This document shows positions 10,437 to 22,789 of a stretch of DNA of 64,000 nucleotides, piece after piece. The notes under the pieces were generated by a model. It was not told where the DNA came from. It was given only the letters and a program-made list of their open reading frames with translations, and searched no databases. The stretch covers positions 13,268,001 to 13,332,000 of the forward strand of contig NC_042997.1 in the NCBI RefSeq assembly GCF_006345805.1. The letters are read 5' to 3'. The position numbers were made by a program, and so were the translations under genes. The stretch's first letter is position 1. Every line of letters begins with the position of its first letter. The stretch comes from Octopus sinensis. Lineage: Eukaryota.

Positions 10437-10852
10437 TATTTCTTTACTACCCACAAGGGGCTAAACACAGAGGGGACAAACAAGGACAGACAAACGGATT
10501 AAGTCGATTATATCGACCCCAGTGCGTAACTGGTACTTATTTAATCGACCCCGAAAGGATGAAAGGCAAAGTCGCCCTCGGCGGAATTTGAACTCAGAAC
10601 TTAACGGCAGACGAAATACCTATTTCTTTATTACCCACAAGGGGCTAAACACAGAGGGGACAAACAAGGACAGCCATAGGTATTAAGTCGATTACATCGA
10701 CCCCAGTGCGTAACTGGTACTTAATTTTCGACCCCGAAAGGATGAAAGGCAAAGTCGACCTCGGCGGAATTTGAACTCAGAACGTAACGGCAGACGAAAT
10801 ACCGCTACGCATTTCGCCCGGCCTGCTAACGTTTCTGCCAGCTCGTTGCCTT
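10437..10852 (-). mobile_element. SINE family B dimer with 15-bp target-site duplication
   Basis: Bodies with a 184-bp period joined at 10620/10621. AAAAGAGACAATATC at 10422-10436 and 10853-10867. Confidence 0.93.
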
Positions 10853-11479
10853 AAAAGAGACAATATCACTAGCCGGCCACATCAGCTCCGTGATAGAAAA
10901 TTTGCTCACATGTAACTATCATTTTTTCGGCAACAATGCTTTCCACACCAGGCATCACAGCCGAAAGCAAATACACAAGCATACATTCTTTACCCCAACG
11001 GCCAACTTGTATGTGCGCGTGTGTGTATGTGTGCTTATGCAGGAAACAGTTTTCCTGCTATAAATTTTATACTGAAAGCATGTATACATATTTAATTTAC
11101 ATATACTCACACACATACAGCCATGAAATTATGTCCAATAATAAAGGGACTTTGAATGTGTATAAATATCCTATTGTTATTAACGGCAGTGGTATTTCAA
11201 AATGAAAATTTTTTGATGACAACGATGATGATTATGATGATAATTATTATTATTATTTTTATTATTATTATCATTATCCTTGTTGTTGTTGTTGTTGTTA
11301 TTATTATTATTATTATTATTAGTTAGTTAGTTAGTTAGTTAGTGAATATCAATCATGTTTGATACCGTTTGTAACACCAGCCACTAGTGGGATTAGCGTA
11401 TCAGGGTACATCTCTTGCATGCGTAATATATATTAGTGTAGAGTAATGCCAGTACCCAGCTTGAATGAAGAAAAAATGG

Positions 11480-11860
11480 CAGCGTTTGAGATTGTTTTAA
11501 GAGAAAAAAATGTGTCAACATGCTGGCGGATGAACAAGAAGTGTTCTTTGGGGAAATCGATAGGTGTAATGAGCAGCTGTTTTTTAACAGATCTTCTGCA
11601 GTGGATATTAAGTAAAAATAATGTTTACTGTGAGATAGCTTGTCAAAGATAATACAGTTATTACTTATCATCATGGCAGGTAACAATAATCTACCGATCA
11701 CTAAATATAGAACATTTCCTACATTCCATTTGGAGAGGAAAAAGTTTTAAGCAAATATCGCCTACGTGTCTATATATATGAAGACTCTCTGCCGAGAAAA
11801 TGTTTCATTGTCCTCTCATAATTGGGAGACTGATAATGAAACAGATGTGATTGCTATCAG
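11480..11860 (+). pseudogene. Possible highly degenerate Helitron PIF1-like helicase relic
   Basis: Frame-hopping peptides MLADEQEVFFGEIDRCNEQLFF, NTVIT/LSSWQVTII and KC..LII(W)E resemble the order LnxEQ...LFF, AVASSGIAATLL, LIIWDE. The Walker A motif is not recoverable. Confidence 0.3.
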
Positions 11861-12014
11861 TACATACAATATGCAACAGTTTAAGACTTTACTAACAGAG
11901 TGATGTTCAAATCGACTCATACTTTTTACATACAACGACATACAAAGAAAGACTCAGACTATTAAATTCTAGATTTCTAATTTTTCATGTTGATCAGTTA
12001 GTCTTTCACATAGA

Positions 12015-12185
12015 GAGTGGCTGTGTGGTAAGTAGCTTTCCTACGAATCACATGGTTCCAAGTTCAGTCCCACTGCGTGGCACCTTGGGCAAGTGTCTTC
12101 TACTATAGCCTCGGGCCGACCAAAGCCTTGTGAGTGGATTTGGTAGACGGAAACTGAAAGAAGCCCGTCGTATATATGTATGTAT

Positions 12186-12249
<64 letters not shown>

Positions 12250-12473
12250 GTATATGTTTGTGTCTCTGTGTTTGTCCCCCCCCCCCCAACATCGCTTGAC
12301 AACCGATGCCGGTGTATTTACGTCCCCGTAACTTAGCAGTTCGGCAGGAAAGACTGATAGAAAAAGTACTAGGCTTACAAATAATAAGTCCTGGGGGCGA
12401 TTTGCTCGACTAAATGAGGTGCTCCAGCATGGCCACAGTCAAATGATTGAAACAAGTAAAATAGTAAAAGAGT
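12015..12473 (+). mobile_element. SINE family A, full length
   Basis: Matches the family A consensus; internal (CA)n(TA)n tract. Confidence 0.92.
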
Positions 12474-12719
12474 GCGTACACTACATAAATATATGTGTCT
12501 CTATTTACATATTCATGTGTGTGTGCGTGAGAGAGAGAGAAAGAGAGAGACAGAGAGAGAGGTTGTTCTTGAGTGCTATGGGTAACATGTAATCCAGCAC
12601 AATCTGTTAAACAGTCGGGTCATCGGTGACTAAACTGGCAAGACCACCAGGCTTGCTTGCTTCGCGAGGAGAGTGATTGTTGGGCAGAGGTACTCATGAG
12701 CAGACAACGGCCATCCAAC

Positions 12720-13181
12720 AAATATGTGTAAATATGTATATGTCGTTTTACAAGATAAGAAAATGGAGAAATACATATAAATCAGATATCAATTACCAGA
12801 TAATACTCAATCACATACTTTGTTAAACCACCATATAAGAGACTGTAGGGTTAAATATAAAAAGCAGAACAAATCAGTGTACATAAAGGAATGTACATAA
12901 AAAAGTGTTCATAAAAGAGTAATGTTGTATAATAAGAGGAATATATATAAAAGAGAATATAAATATAAGTAAATATAAATATAAGTATAGATTACATCTT
13001 ACAGCTGTTTCGGCCTTGTAGATATGTTTGTCTCATATATATTCCTGTAAGTATATTTATGTATATTTTTACTTTTTTTTATATATCTCATTTATATTTA
13101 TATCTTATTTTACTTATATTTTTAAGTTACATATCTTTTACATTTTTTAAATCTTATTTTTAAATTACACATCTTTCACAA

Positions 13182-13213
<32 letters not shown>

Positions 13214-13478
13214 TTCTTTTTGTATGTATGAGCTGTTCCCCTCGGACGCCGGAATATTATTTAATCACCCTATGAAGCGTTTGGTTGTCAATTTGGTGTC
13301 TGGTACGAAAAGAGTACTTCATGGGTAGGCAGAAGCTCTTTAACCTTGCTTGGTTAACTAATTAAGAGAGGCCTTAGCAGATCCTGGTTTTCTCAGTTCT
13401 CTTGTCGCATTGGCCGTGCTACACCCACTGAAAAATTTTCATCAGCGCAAGTACTTCTTGTATACTAAATCGTAGAAA
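12720..13478 (-). mobile_element. Probable Penelope-like element relic (degenerate 3' coding end plus terminal repeat with 3' half of a hammerhead)
   Basis: Minus strand GGCC GAA ACAGCTGT A AGATG at 13001-13015 (GAAA, palindromic stem III, GUA). The upstream stop-ridden peptide KELLPTHEVLFSYQTPN resembles the C-terminus of PLE GIY-YIG domains only weakly. Confidence 0.4.
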
Positions 13479-13495
13479 ATAGATAGATAGATAGA

Positions 13496-13814
13496 TATGT
13501 TTCTTTATTAGCCATACAGGGCTGCACACAGACAGGACAAAATTACAAGGTAGAGCTTTTCTTTTGGGGGTAAAAGAAGGGGGTTTGGTTTTCGATCAAA
13601 AGGGATCGTAAATGGAAAGAAAGAGGACAAAAAAAGGGGGGGATAAAATAAAATTTTAAAAAAGGGGGGTGAAGAAAAAAAAGGGAAAGGAAAAACATTG
13701 ATCAATAGGGATCGTTATCACAGAAATGTCAATATGAAGTGTAAAGGGGAGGACAGGTGAGGTTTACCCGTGGAAAAAAAGCCTACGGAAAAGACCACGG
13801 TAACCTCGGTCAAT
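13496..13814 (-). mobile_element. Tx1-family LINE 3' UTR fragment (copy 1) inside (TAGA)n
   Basis: Similar to 55656-55970. AATAAA-GAAACATA end; (TAGA)n on both sides (13480-13495 and 13822-13835). Confidence 0.92.
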
Positions 13815-14526
13815 AGTTAAATAGATAGATAGATATCCATTGGTTTAATGAACGTTAGTAACAGTAAATTTTGAATTATTTAAAATAATATGTATGTACG
13901 TACGTATGTATGTTTGTATTTGTGTCTGTATTTATGAATAGGAGCTTAGCAGAGTCGTTAGTGCGTCGAATGGTGCTGTCTCTTTGAACAGTGTAATGAT
14001 TTTATCAAAAACCTCTTTTCGTTATATTGACTATGTTATGCTTGTTGTTGAATCCTAGTTCTACTCTGATTAACCTTCCGTCAACACCCACACATATACC
14101 ATGTGTCATTTACTTTCAGAAAACTTGATTGCGTAATTTCAGGAAGGTACTGTTACTTTGTTTTTAGCAAAACGAGTAAAAAAATTATTCGTTGCCCTTA
14201 TTGAATATATTTTTGTTAAGTTATCTCTTATGTAAAGCAGTGGGAAATCTATGTTAGTTCTTTAGGGATACGCTCGAGGAATAAAAGGAAATGTAGAGTG
14301 ATATAAATACGTAGGTACGTATATGTACTTAGTAACACTAGCAGATACTTACTGTATACACCGAAGAGTATGTATCATAGAACTGAACATTCGAAGTTAG
14401 AATTTGTATAAGAAAATTGGGTGATAAATTAAATACAAATTGACTATTTAGATAACGTTTTGCACAACTTTCAAGGCTTTCTAGATGGAAAGTTTGAAAG
14501 ACAGTATAAGCAGAACTCACTATGCG

Positions 14527-14557
<31 letters not shown>

Positions 14558-16510
14558 ATATATGTGAAGGAATGCTACATGCTAAATCATCTGGTTTAAG
14601 GAGGATTTAGTCGGAGTATTCAGCAAAGTTGATCGAGGCATTGAAATGAGAAAGAAGGCCAGCTAATATCGTAAAAAATTTTGTTTTACAATAGACTTTT
14701 GACTCCCAGTCGATTCCTTTCATTTCTCTCCAATTTGGACGATTGATATTACAGATTCTTATGTTTTCTTATGCTTTGGAAAGTTGAACGAACGAATCAG
14801 AATACTTAGTTTACGGTGCCTCTTTTATCTTCCTTCCCTTATTGTTTTTGTGTACTGAAATGTATAATTAAGAGGTCACTATTAAGTACTTCGAAAATAT
14901 TCTTCTAAAATTGCCAGCTTGCCAATCAATCAGCAACAACAGTACCAAACACAATAACCATATTCTTACTTTTCCTGGAAACAGAATAGACGATATGTGG
15001 TTCATGTACTTTCAGTGTAAATAGTCAGAAAGACCTTCCCTAAAGCTAAGAAAGCCATTCACTTTCCACAACGAAACTAAAGTGAATGTGTCCGTTTTTT
15101 AGACTTATTTGTTTTATCACATGTGATGAATTCATTAAATTAGTCATCAAAGCCGGAAGCAACAGCAGTATCAAATGTCGAATGACCTCCTACCATGTTT
15201 TTCCGTTAACAACAACAAAAAATAGACATATTGTCAGACAGTTCTATATAACTTTTATGTAGCTTTTTTTTTCTTTCTTTCTATTATTATGTTTACTAGT
15301 ACGTTGTTGAATTGCTGTTTAGTTTGCAGTCACATATCCGACCAATTCTCTTTAGCTGATCAAATCTAGCTTTTGTCCACATTCGCTTTGATGGCGATTA
15401 TTCTAATTACTTGACCCTTAGCTACAATTATCATTCAAATATCTATTTTCGATCTTAGTTTTCGTTGCTATTTCTGGATATCCTTATAAACAATGCGTTT
15501 AATTTAGTAATGTACATTGAATATCTGACTCTCTAGGGTATTTCCTCACTCGCTTCCTTAATGTATATCCATAGGTTATAATGATGTTTTGTTCATTTCT
15601 CTTCTACATTTAGTGTACCAGTACGGAATACTTAATATCCTAGCATTAAGTTTGCAATTACCTTTACTATTTACAGTATGATTCCAATTTCACGAGTGTT
15701 GTTTTCAGTGGATGTTTTCAAAGTCGTTTCTGATCTTAACAAGATGTTTTTCTTATTCCCAATATTTCAACATTTTGTTGTTTTAGAAAAATACTTACTT
15801 GCAATATTAATAGTTGAATATGAGCTATACTGAAAAAATAATATCTTGTCGGGGAATTCCGTGGCCATTTTTAGAAAAACAACTGCATGAATTTCTGGCG
15901 ATCATTATGAGAAATGGCGGCACACGTGACAGGAAACAGCACCCTTAACTTATCTGATCACAATTTTCACATAGTTCTACGTATGTCAATTAATATTTTC
16001 TGCTAAAGTATCTGATTGGTATTAAACCTATACACTCTTGTTAAATGCTGAATTTTACCAATGATTTCAATTAGATATATCAGATTCTGCATAAATTTGA
16101 GAAGTCACGAAGAATCAGCACTTTTTACTTTGAGAATCTTAGCTCTCGTATCATGGAAATTTAATACTAATACAGATAAAACTGTATAGAAAAATACTTT
16201 ATAAAAATGTGTTTTACCGTCTACCAAGAAATAATTGAGGAGAGGAGAAAAACAATCTTAGTATAGTGCCACTTGCAACCTTAGTCATGATACACTTTAA
16301 CAGTATGACATGGAGAGAATGCTAACAGTTAATTCATTCACTAGTGTAAATATACAGAAGAATAAAAAAACAAAGAGGCTATTGATATTTTATATTTTCA
16401 TTCGTAAATACTAGAGCAGTTACCATAGCTGAAATATAATCATTATCATCTGTATGATCATTATATATTCAATTTGTATGTCTTTGTGCGCGCGCGCGCG
16501 TGTGTGTGAG

Positions 16511-17855
16511 TTCTACTGTGAGGTGGACGATTTAAAACAGAACTAAGGCGGTTAGCAGGAAAAAACATTAGAACGCCGGGCAAAATGCTTGATGGCATTC
16601 CGTCTGTCTTTACGTTAAGTTCGAATTCCGCCGAGATCGACTTTGCCTTTCATCTTTTCGGGGTCGATAAGTTAAGTACCTGTTGCGTACCGGGATCGAT
16701 CTAATCGACTGGCCTCCTCTCCAAAATTTTCGGGCCTTGTGCCTAGAGTAGAAAAGAATATATCAAAGTACACTATTTTTGAGCGTTTTACTGTGAGGTG
16801 GATGATTTGAAACAGAACTGAGGTGGCTAGCTGGCAGAAACGTTAGCACACCGGGCGAAATGCTCAGCAGTATTTCGTCTGCCTCTACGTTCTGAGTTCA
16901 AATTCCGCCGAGGTCGACTTTGCCTTTCATCCTTTCGGGGTCGATTAAATAAGTACCAGTTACGCACTCGAGTCGATATAATCGACTTAATCCGTTTGTC
17001 TGTCCTTGTTTGTCCTCTCCGTTTGTGGGTAGTAAAGAAATACGTATTTGGTCGTCTACGGTTACGTTCTCAGTTCAAATTCTGCCGAGGTTGACTTTGC
17101 CTTTCATCCTTTTGGGGATCGATTAAATAAGTACCAGATACGCATTGGGGTCGATATAATCGACTTAATCTGTTTGTCTGTCCTTGTTTCTGCTTTGTGT
17201 TTAGCCCCTTGTGGGTAGTAAAGAAATAGAAATAGGTTTTCCGTCTGTCTTTACGCTGATTTCAAATTCCGCCGAGATAGACTTTGTTTTTTATCCTTTC
17301 CGGGTCGATACCTGTTGCGTATCGGAGTGAATCTAATCGACTGGCCACTTCCCCAAAATTTTCGGGCCTTGTACCTAGAGTAGAAAGGAATATATCAAAA
17401 TACACTATTCTCTGTGCGTTCTACTGTGAAGTGGAGGGTTTGAAGCAGAACTAAGGCGGCTAGCTGGCAGAAATGTTAGCACGCAGGGCGAAATGCTTAG
17501 CGGTATTTTGTCTGCCGCTACGTTCTTAGTTCAAATTCCGCCGAGGTCGACTTTGCCTTTAATCCTTTCGGGGTCGATTAGATATGTACCAGTTACGCAC
17601 TGAGGTCGATGTAATCGACTTAATCCGTGTGTCTGTACTTGTTTGTCCCTGCTGTGTTTAGCCCCTTGTGGGTAGTAAAGAAATAGGTAGTTTTTCAGTC
17701 TTTACGTTCTTAGTTCAAATTCTACCGAAGTCGACTTTGCTTTTCATCCTTTCAGGATCGACAAAGTTGCATACTGGGGTCGATCTAAGCGACTGGTCCC
17801 TTCCCCCCAAAATTCGAGTCTTGTACCTAGAGTAGAAAAGAATATATCAAAATAC
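16511..17855 (+). repeat. Three-unit tandem array of unique flank plus SINE B/B' modules
   Basis: The flank motif TxTACTGTGARGTGGA...RAACAGAACTRAGG recurs at ~16511, ~16787 and ~17420. Each unit ends CCTTGTRCCTAGAGTAGAAARGAATATATCAAA. Units 2 and 3 contain extra SINE B bodies. Confidence 0.85.
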
Positions 17856-17859
17856 AAAA

Positions 17860-19800
17860 TTAATGCATTTGAATATGATGAGTAAACTGTTTAATCAGGA
17901 AATAAGTTGATTCCAGCATAGCGGAAGTCAACGGCAATTTATACAATAATTTCAAAATGGAGTTGAATGACTTGCACTTTTTGGAATCACTGTCAATATA
18001 CATATATTTTAGCTCGTTCACTAAGCTCTTACATTCAAAAATATAGGAATGCTTGTTTTCTAGACAAAGTTTTCCAGCCTGAGAAAATATCTTATGAAAG
18101 CAATTGATAAAAAACTTGAATGTGAAATCATTCAACTTGGCCAATAGATTGTCTGTTTGACAAAGTGCATTATCATCCCACTTTCACCAGAACCTAGAAT
18201 ACGCGTGAAGGTATTTTTCAAGTTTTCAAGCAATAATTTTATGGATGACACAGTTCTTGATCTATAGCGCCATTCTGTTTCGCACAGAGATGGAATACTG
18301 ATTTCAATTGCCTGAAAACGTTTTACCACTAGGCACTGGAAGATTTATATTTACTAGATGGGCGTAAATGAGAAAAAACACATTTTTACTCCACTCACAA
18401 TCTCAGAACTTTTACTCCACACTAAGTTAAGTTTATACGCATAGCAGTGAATGAAGTGTGCAGGTATAATTCCTTTATCCCTTAGTATGCTCTGTGGAGG
18501 AAGCACTCCGTCGGTCACGACGACGAGGGTTCCCGTTGATCCGAATCAACGGAACAGCCTGCTTGTGAAATTAACATGTAAGTGGCTGAGCACTCCACAG
18601 ACACGTGTACCCTTAACGTAGTTCTCGGGGATATTCAGCGTGACACAGAGAGTGACAAGGCCGGCCCTTTGAAATACAGGTACAACAGAAACAGGAAGTA
18701 AGAGTGAGAGAAAGTTGTGGTGAAAGAGTACAGCAGGGATCCCCATCATCCCCTGCCGGAGCCTCGTGGAGCTTTAGGTGTTTTCGCTCAATAAACACTC
18801 ACCACGCCCGGTCTGGGAATCGAAACCGCGATCCTATGACCGCGAGTCCGCTGCCCTAACCACTGGGCCATATGCTCTGTACTCCGTTTGGCGTTCCTGC
18901 ATTACAGCTGCTCCGTCGTAAGTCTGGCTCACTAATTTATCTGTAGCGTCACTGAAGGAGTTCAACGCTGTTGCGATCACGTTAGCCAGTCTTATAGCAA
19001 TTTTATTATCACTGACTTCGTAGAATCCAAGATATCGTTCACATGTTTTGTCTTCATATGCATATCTTATTACGATTGACAGTTGGGCATGCATTACACA
19101 GTCTGTAGTTTTGTCGGCTTGCACATACATGAACTGAGCTTTATCAACTTCGCTTCAAATATCATCAGAGATGACATTTCCAATCGCTTGTATTAGGTCA
19201 TCTTGTATTGTATTTGAGACTCCTGAACACTGTTTCAACCCTTCTTTAGTAGAAAGTCTAAAAGCAAACACGCTGTCGATTTCAGCAAAGCACTGCTATA
19301 GTTCGCGGTAATTTCCTCTACTAAGGCTGTCACTTCCTTCATCATTTCCACATAAAGGCAACTCTTGTTTACACAGGAACATCACTGTATTTGTTAACTG
19401 CTTTGTCAATTTTCTTCAGCTGCTTTGTTACGTCGTTCTTTTTCCAGTTTAGCAGGCTCACTAATAGCTGTCACAATATCGTACAGCCCGAAAGTTTTCA
19501 AGCTTTTACAGCTATCAATGCTTAAATGACTCACTGATTTACTGTGATACTTACAATCATTCAGGGTGTTTTTAAAATTATTATAGCCTCCATCTATCCA
19601 TGACTGATTAGCTTTTGGCCAGGTGTAGAGTTTCCCTGTGACGCTACTTGCACAAAGCCAATCAATCTGTTCATACCATTTCATCTGGAATGTTTGAGTT
19701 CCAAATTTAGTTTTCAATGAAGGAGTCGGCCTTCGTTTTCTGCAATATTTCTAGCCCCAAATGGCTTGTTTTTAATATCAAGTACTATGACTTTCTCCAT
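17860..19800 (-). pseudogene. hAT transposase relic (ZMYM1/DUF4371-like), internally deleted and interrupted by a SINE
   Basis: FQMKWYEQIDWLCAS, FLCKQELPLCGNDE...GNYREL, VQADKTTD...QLSIVIRY, SQTYDGAAVM, FIHCYAYKLNLV, SLCETEW, LPLTSAMLEST. A candidate 5' terminus CAGTGGTGA lies at 20364-20372 (minus); no matching other end was found. Confidence 0.85.
18496..18870 (-). mobile_element. SINE family C, full length, 10-bp TSD
   Basis: Reverse complement of 30445-30830. TATGCTCTGT at 18486-18495 and 18871-18880. Confidence 0.93.
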
Positions 19801-20399
19801 TTCTAATTTAAGGGTAAAAATATAACAACCCTGCAAAATACAAGTGATCTTTACACACAGATGTACAGAATAAACAAGCATGAGCGATCTGACTGTCGCC
19901 TGCATACTTCACAAGAGATGCCATTTAGTCTTTTACACCTACCAGGCTCGTTCGTATTAGCCCGAATGGCTGGATGATATTTTAGAATGGAAACTTTTCA
20001 TAGATTGGAATTAAATCCTAATCTCTATAGAAATTTATTGTTTCAAGAAAATATTGAGTTTGAATTATTTTAAATTTTTACGATTAAAAATAACAACTCG
20101 GGCCCGTGTCAGGCGCGTGTGAACGATGTCGAGAGAATGTCTGCTACGAATTATATTTTTTGACACAGAATACCTCAAAACAACTGCCAGACGCTGAACG
20201 AATATAAATGAACGGCGACCAGGCTCAATAAAAGGATCCCGAGTTATAGGCTGCAATTACATAATTGAAGTCAGTGTTGGCAGAAATTAAATGAGTTTGC
20301 AAATTCACGTTCACTTTTCTAAATTTATACCCGGGCTGAACTCGAACAGCCCGAGTGTAGGAGTCACCACTGATATATATTTATATATCATATCATATC

Positions 20400-21630
20400 C
20401 CTTCGGCAATATCTTTTAACCACCAAGTGTCGGAGTGCATCCCTTGACCAACTTAGCATACATGAGGCTATCATAGGATTTGGAAAGCATCTCCTGCAGT
20501 AGCATTCCTTGTATGATCACCTTAAATACATGTCCAAAGAAGTCGCACGGCTCTACTGCACTATATCATCAGATGAAAGGATGAGCGTATATTAGTAGAA
20601 GATCATGCATGGATATGTTAGCAGAAAGCTCTAGGATTATAGTAACATTGACCATCAAAACAGTCTATCATGGACTAACAACCGGATTACTAACTCCCAC
20701 TTTCAAGGGTCTGTGTTTGCAATCCAGGAACAGGAAATATTAACCAAGTACCTGATGTACAAAAGGGACGCAGTAAAAACAGCAAAATGTGATAACCGAT
20801 GCAGATTTTGTGGAGTTAACACAGAAAATATCACCCACATCATAAGCAGTTGTCTGAAAACAGTCAACGTGGCATTATCTACTGACGAGTCATGGTGTAG
20901 CTAAGACAATGTTTATTGTAATCCGACGAAAGAATAACCCTTAAGCTAAAGAAACAAGAATCTACAATATGGTAGAAGCCATAGTCACTCATAATAAGAA
21001 GGAGTTCTGGTGGAATAGCTCAGTGAAATAAAATGGAAATATAATAAAATGGAAATGTGATAGACCTAACATAGTGATCTGGAGTAGGAAAGAGAACCTG
21101 CTTACAGTTGTGGAAAGAAGCTTCCCAGCGGAGGTTAACATAAAGGTAAAGATTAACGAGAAAGAAAATACCTACGCAGAACTATTGAGTAATGTACAGC
21201 TACTCTATCCAGATTACAAGATCAGTTTTACACTTGTAATTATTGGGGCGCTGGGATACATATTATTGGGGCACTGAGATACACATTACATCAATACCAA
21301 TCTTGAGAAATTAGGCTTCTCAAAAGCAGAAAGGAGAACGTTTGTTCGAAGATAATAGATCCAAGCCATCACTAGAACTGTAAAATCCCGTAAAACTTAT
21401 CAAAAGCTTATTATTTAATTATATACACTCGAGTCTACATGCATGAGAATACATGCATAAAACAAACACAAATCTGCACATGCACTGACTTCAAATACTG
21501 CACATGTACATATATACATGCAAAAATACCCTGTTGATGTTGAAATTCCAACTAAGGAGCCTTGAATCTAGGTTGGAAGCCAGCTCTTTATCTAATTACA
21601 AGGAATCTTAAAATAAAACAAAATAATAAC
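20400..21630 (+). pseudogene. R4/Dong-like (restriction-like endonuclease) LINE, 3' fragment
   Basis: KIMHGYVSRKL, FAIQEQEILTKY, CRFCGVNTENITHIISSC (CCHC), DRPNIVIW...VVERSFPAEVNIKVKINEKENTY...IIGALGYI (degenerate PD..D/E nuclease). The 3' UTR abuts (CATA)n. Confidence 0.8.
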
Positions 21631-21852
21631 ATACATAAATACATACATACATACATACATACATACAAACATAATACGTACATACATACATACGTATATA
21701 CATAAAAACGTACATACATACATACATGGATACATACATACGTACATACATACATTCATACATACATACAAACATACATACGTACGTACATACATACATA
21801 CATACGTACATACATACTTACATACATACATGCATACATACATGTATACATA
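21631..21852. repeat. (CATA)n/(TACG) compound microsatellite
   Basis: Direct reading. Confidence 0.95.
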
Positions 21853-22789
21853 CAACGTGGGTGGATTATAGAAAGTCGTTGTTTGGATCTGATTCGGTCC
21901 CCTCATTTAATTGTTGATCTCCTGTTCAATCGATAGCTTGTTTCGGTTATAGAAAGAATCATTCTTTCTATACACAAGCACTATTCACTTATATTTGTGA
22001 TGGCTGGTCAGGTGTTTTAAGCACACAAATCTCTTTGAAATATTTCTCTGAGATGACATACTGCCCTACTTTTTTTTACATGCATGATAAATATTATAAA
22101 CATCTTTACAGACACACATATAATCATTACTACACACTCAACATACACACACAAAAACATACACATATATTATTTGGCACAATGTACACCAAACTAAACC
22201 ATGCTTTAATTTCCATTCATTGTACATTATGAGAACTACCTGTATTATTAGCTTTTAACACAGCTAAAGTTTTACATCTAGACGCTCAGTGTGATAGCTA
22301 TTGTACATATGAATATTGAAAATTTCAATTTGGGGAAATTAAATCAAATTTCGACACCTAAAAGGTTGTTGTTTTCTAGTGGTGAGAGAATATAATAGTA
22401 AAAATTCGATTTTTTCTGCTTTATTTCCCTTGGATAATTGTTCTGGTCGTGTCTCGGCAGACGCATCGAATTTTCAGAAACAAAATTTGTCTCCTGGTAA
22501 AATATAATTCTTATTTTATTACATAATGCCATAATTATTTGTATCTAGTGAGTTTGCATATCATTACTATTGTATGTAACTTTGTTTCTTTGTAACTATG
22601 CATGACAAAAAATCGTTCGAAGCATGAACATATCAAAATGTGCAATCGCGCTGTTGTTATTAAGACATCCGCGTAAAAAGTCTAAATAATCGGGTAATGA
22701 GCTGGCACTGAATATCGTAAGACGCGAATTTCTTCACCGTAAACTGTCTGGCGATATTGAAATAATGAGATATTCAAGTTTGTTTAAAA

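Noticed and set aside
16511-17855. CRISPR-like or regularly spaced repeat array (also 46520-46600)
   Set aside because: The repeats are SINE modules or short imperfect duplications with no constant repeat/unique spacer period and no cas genes.
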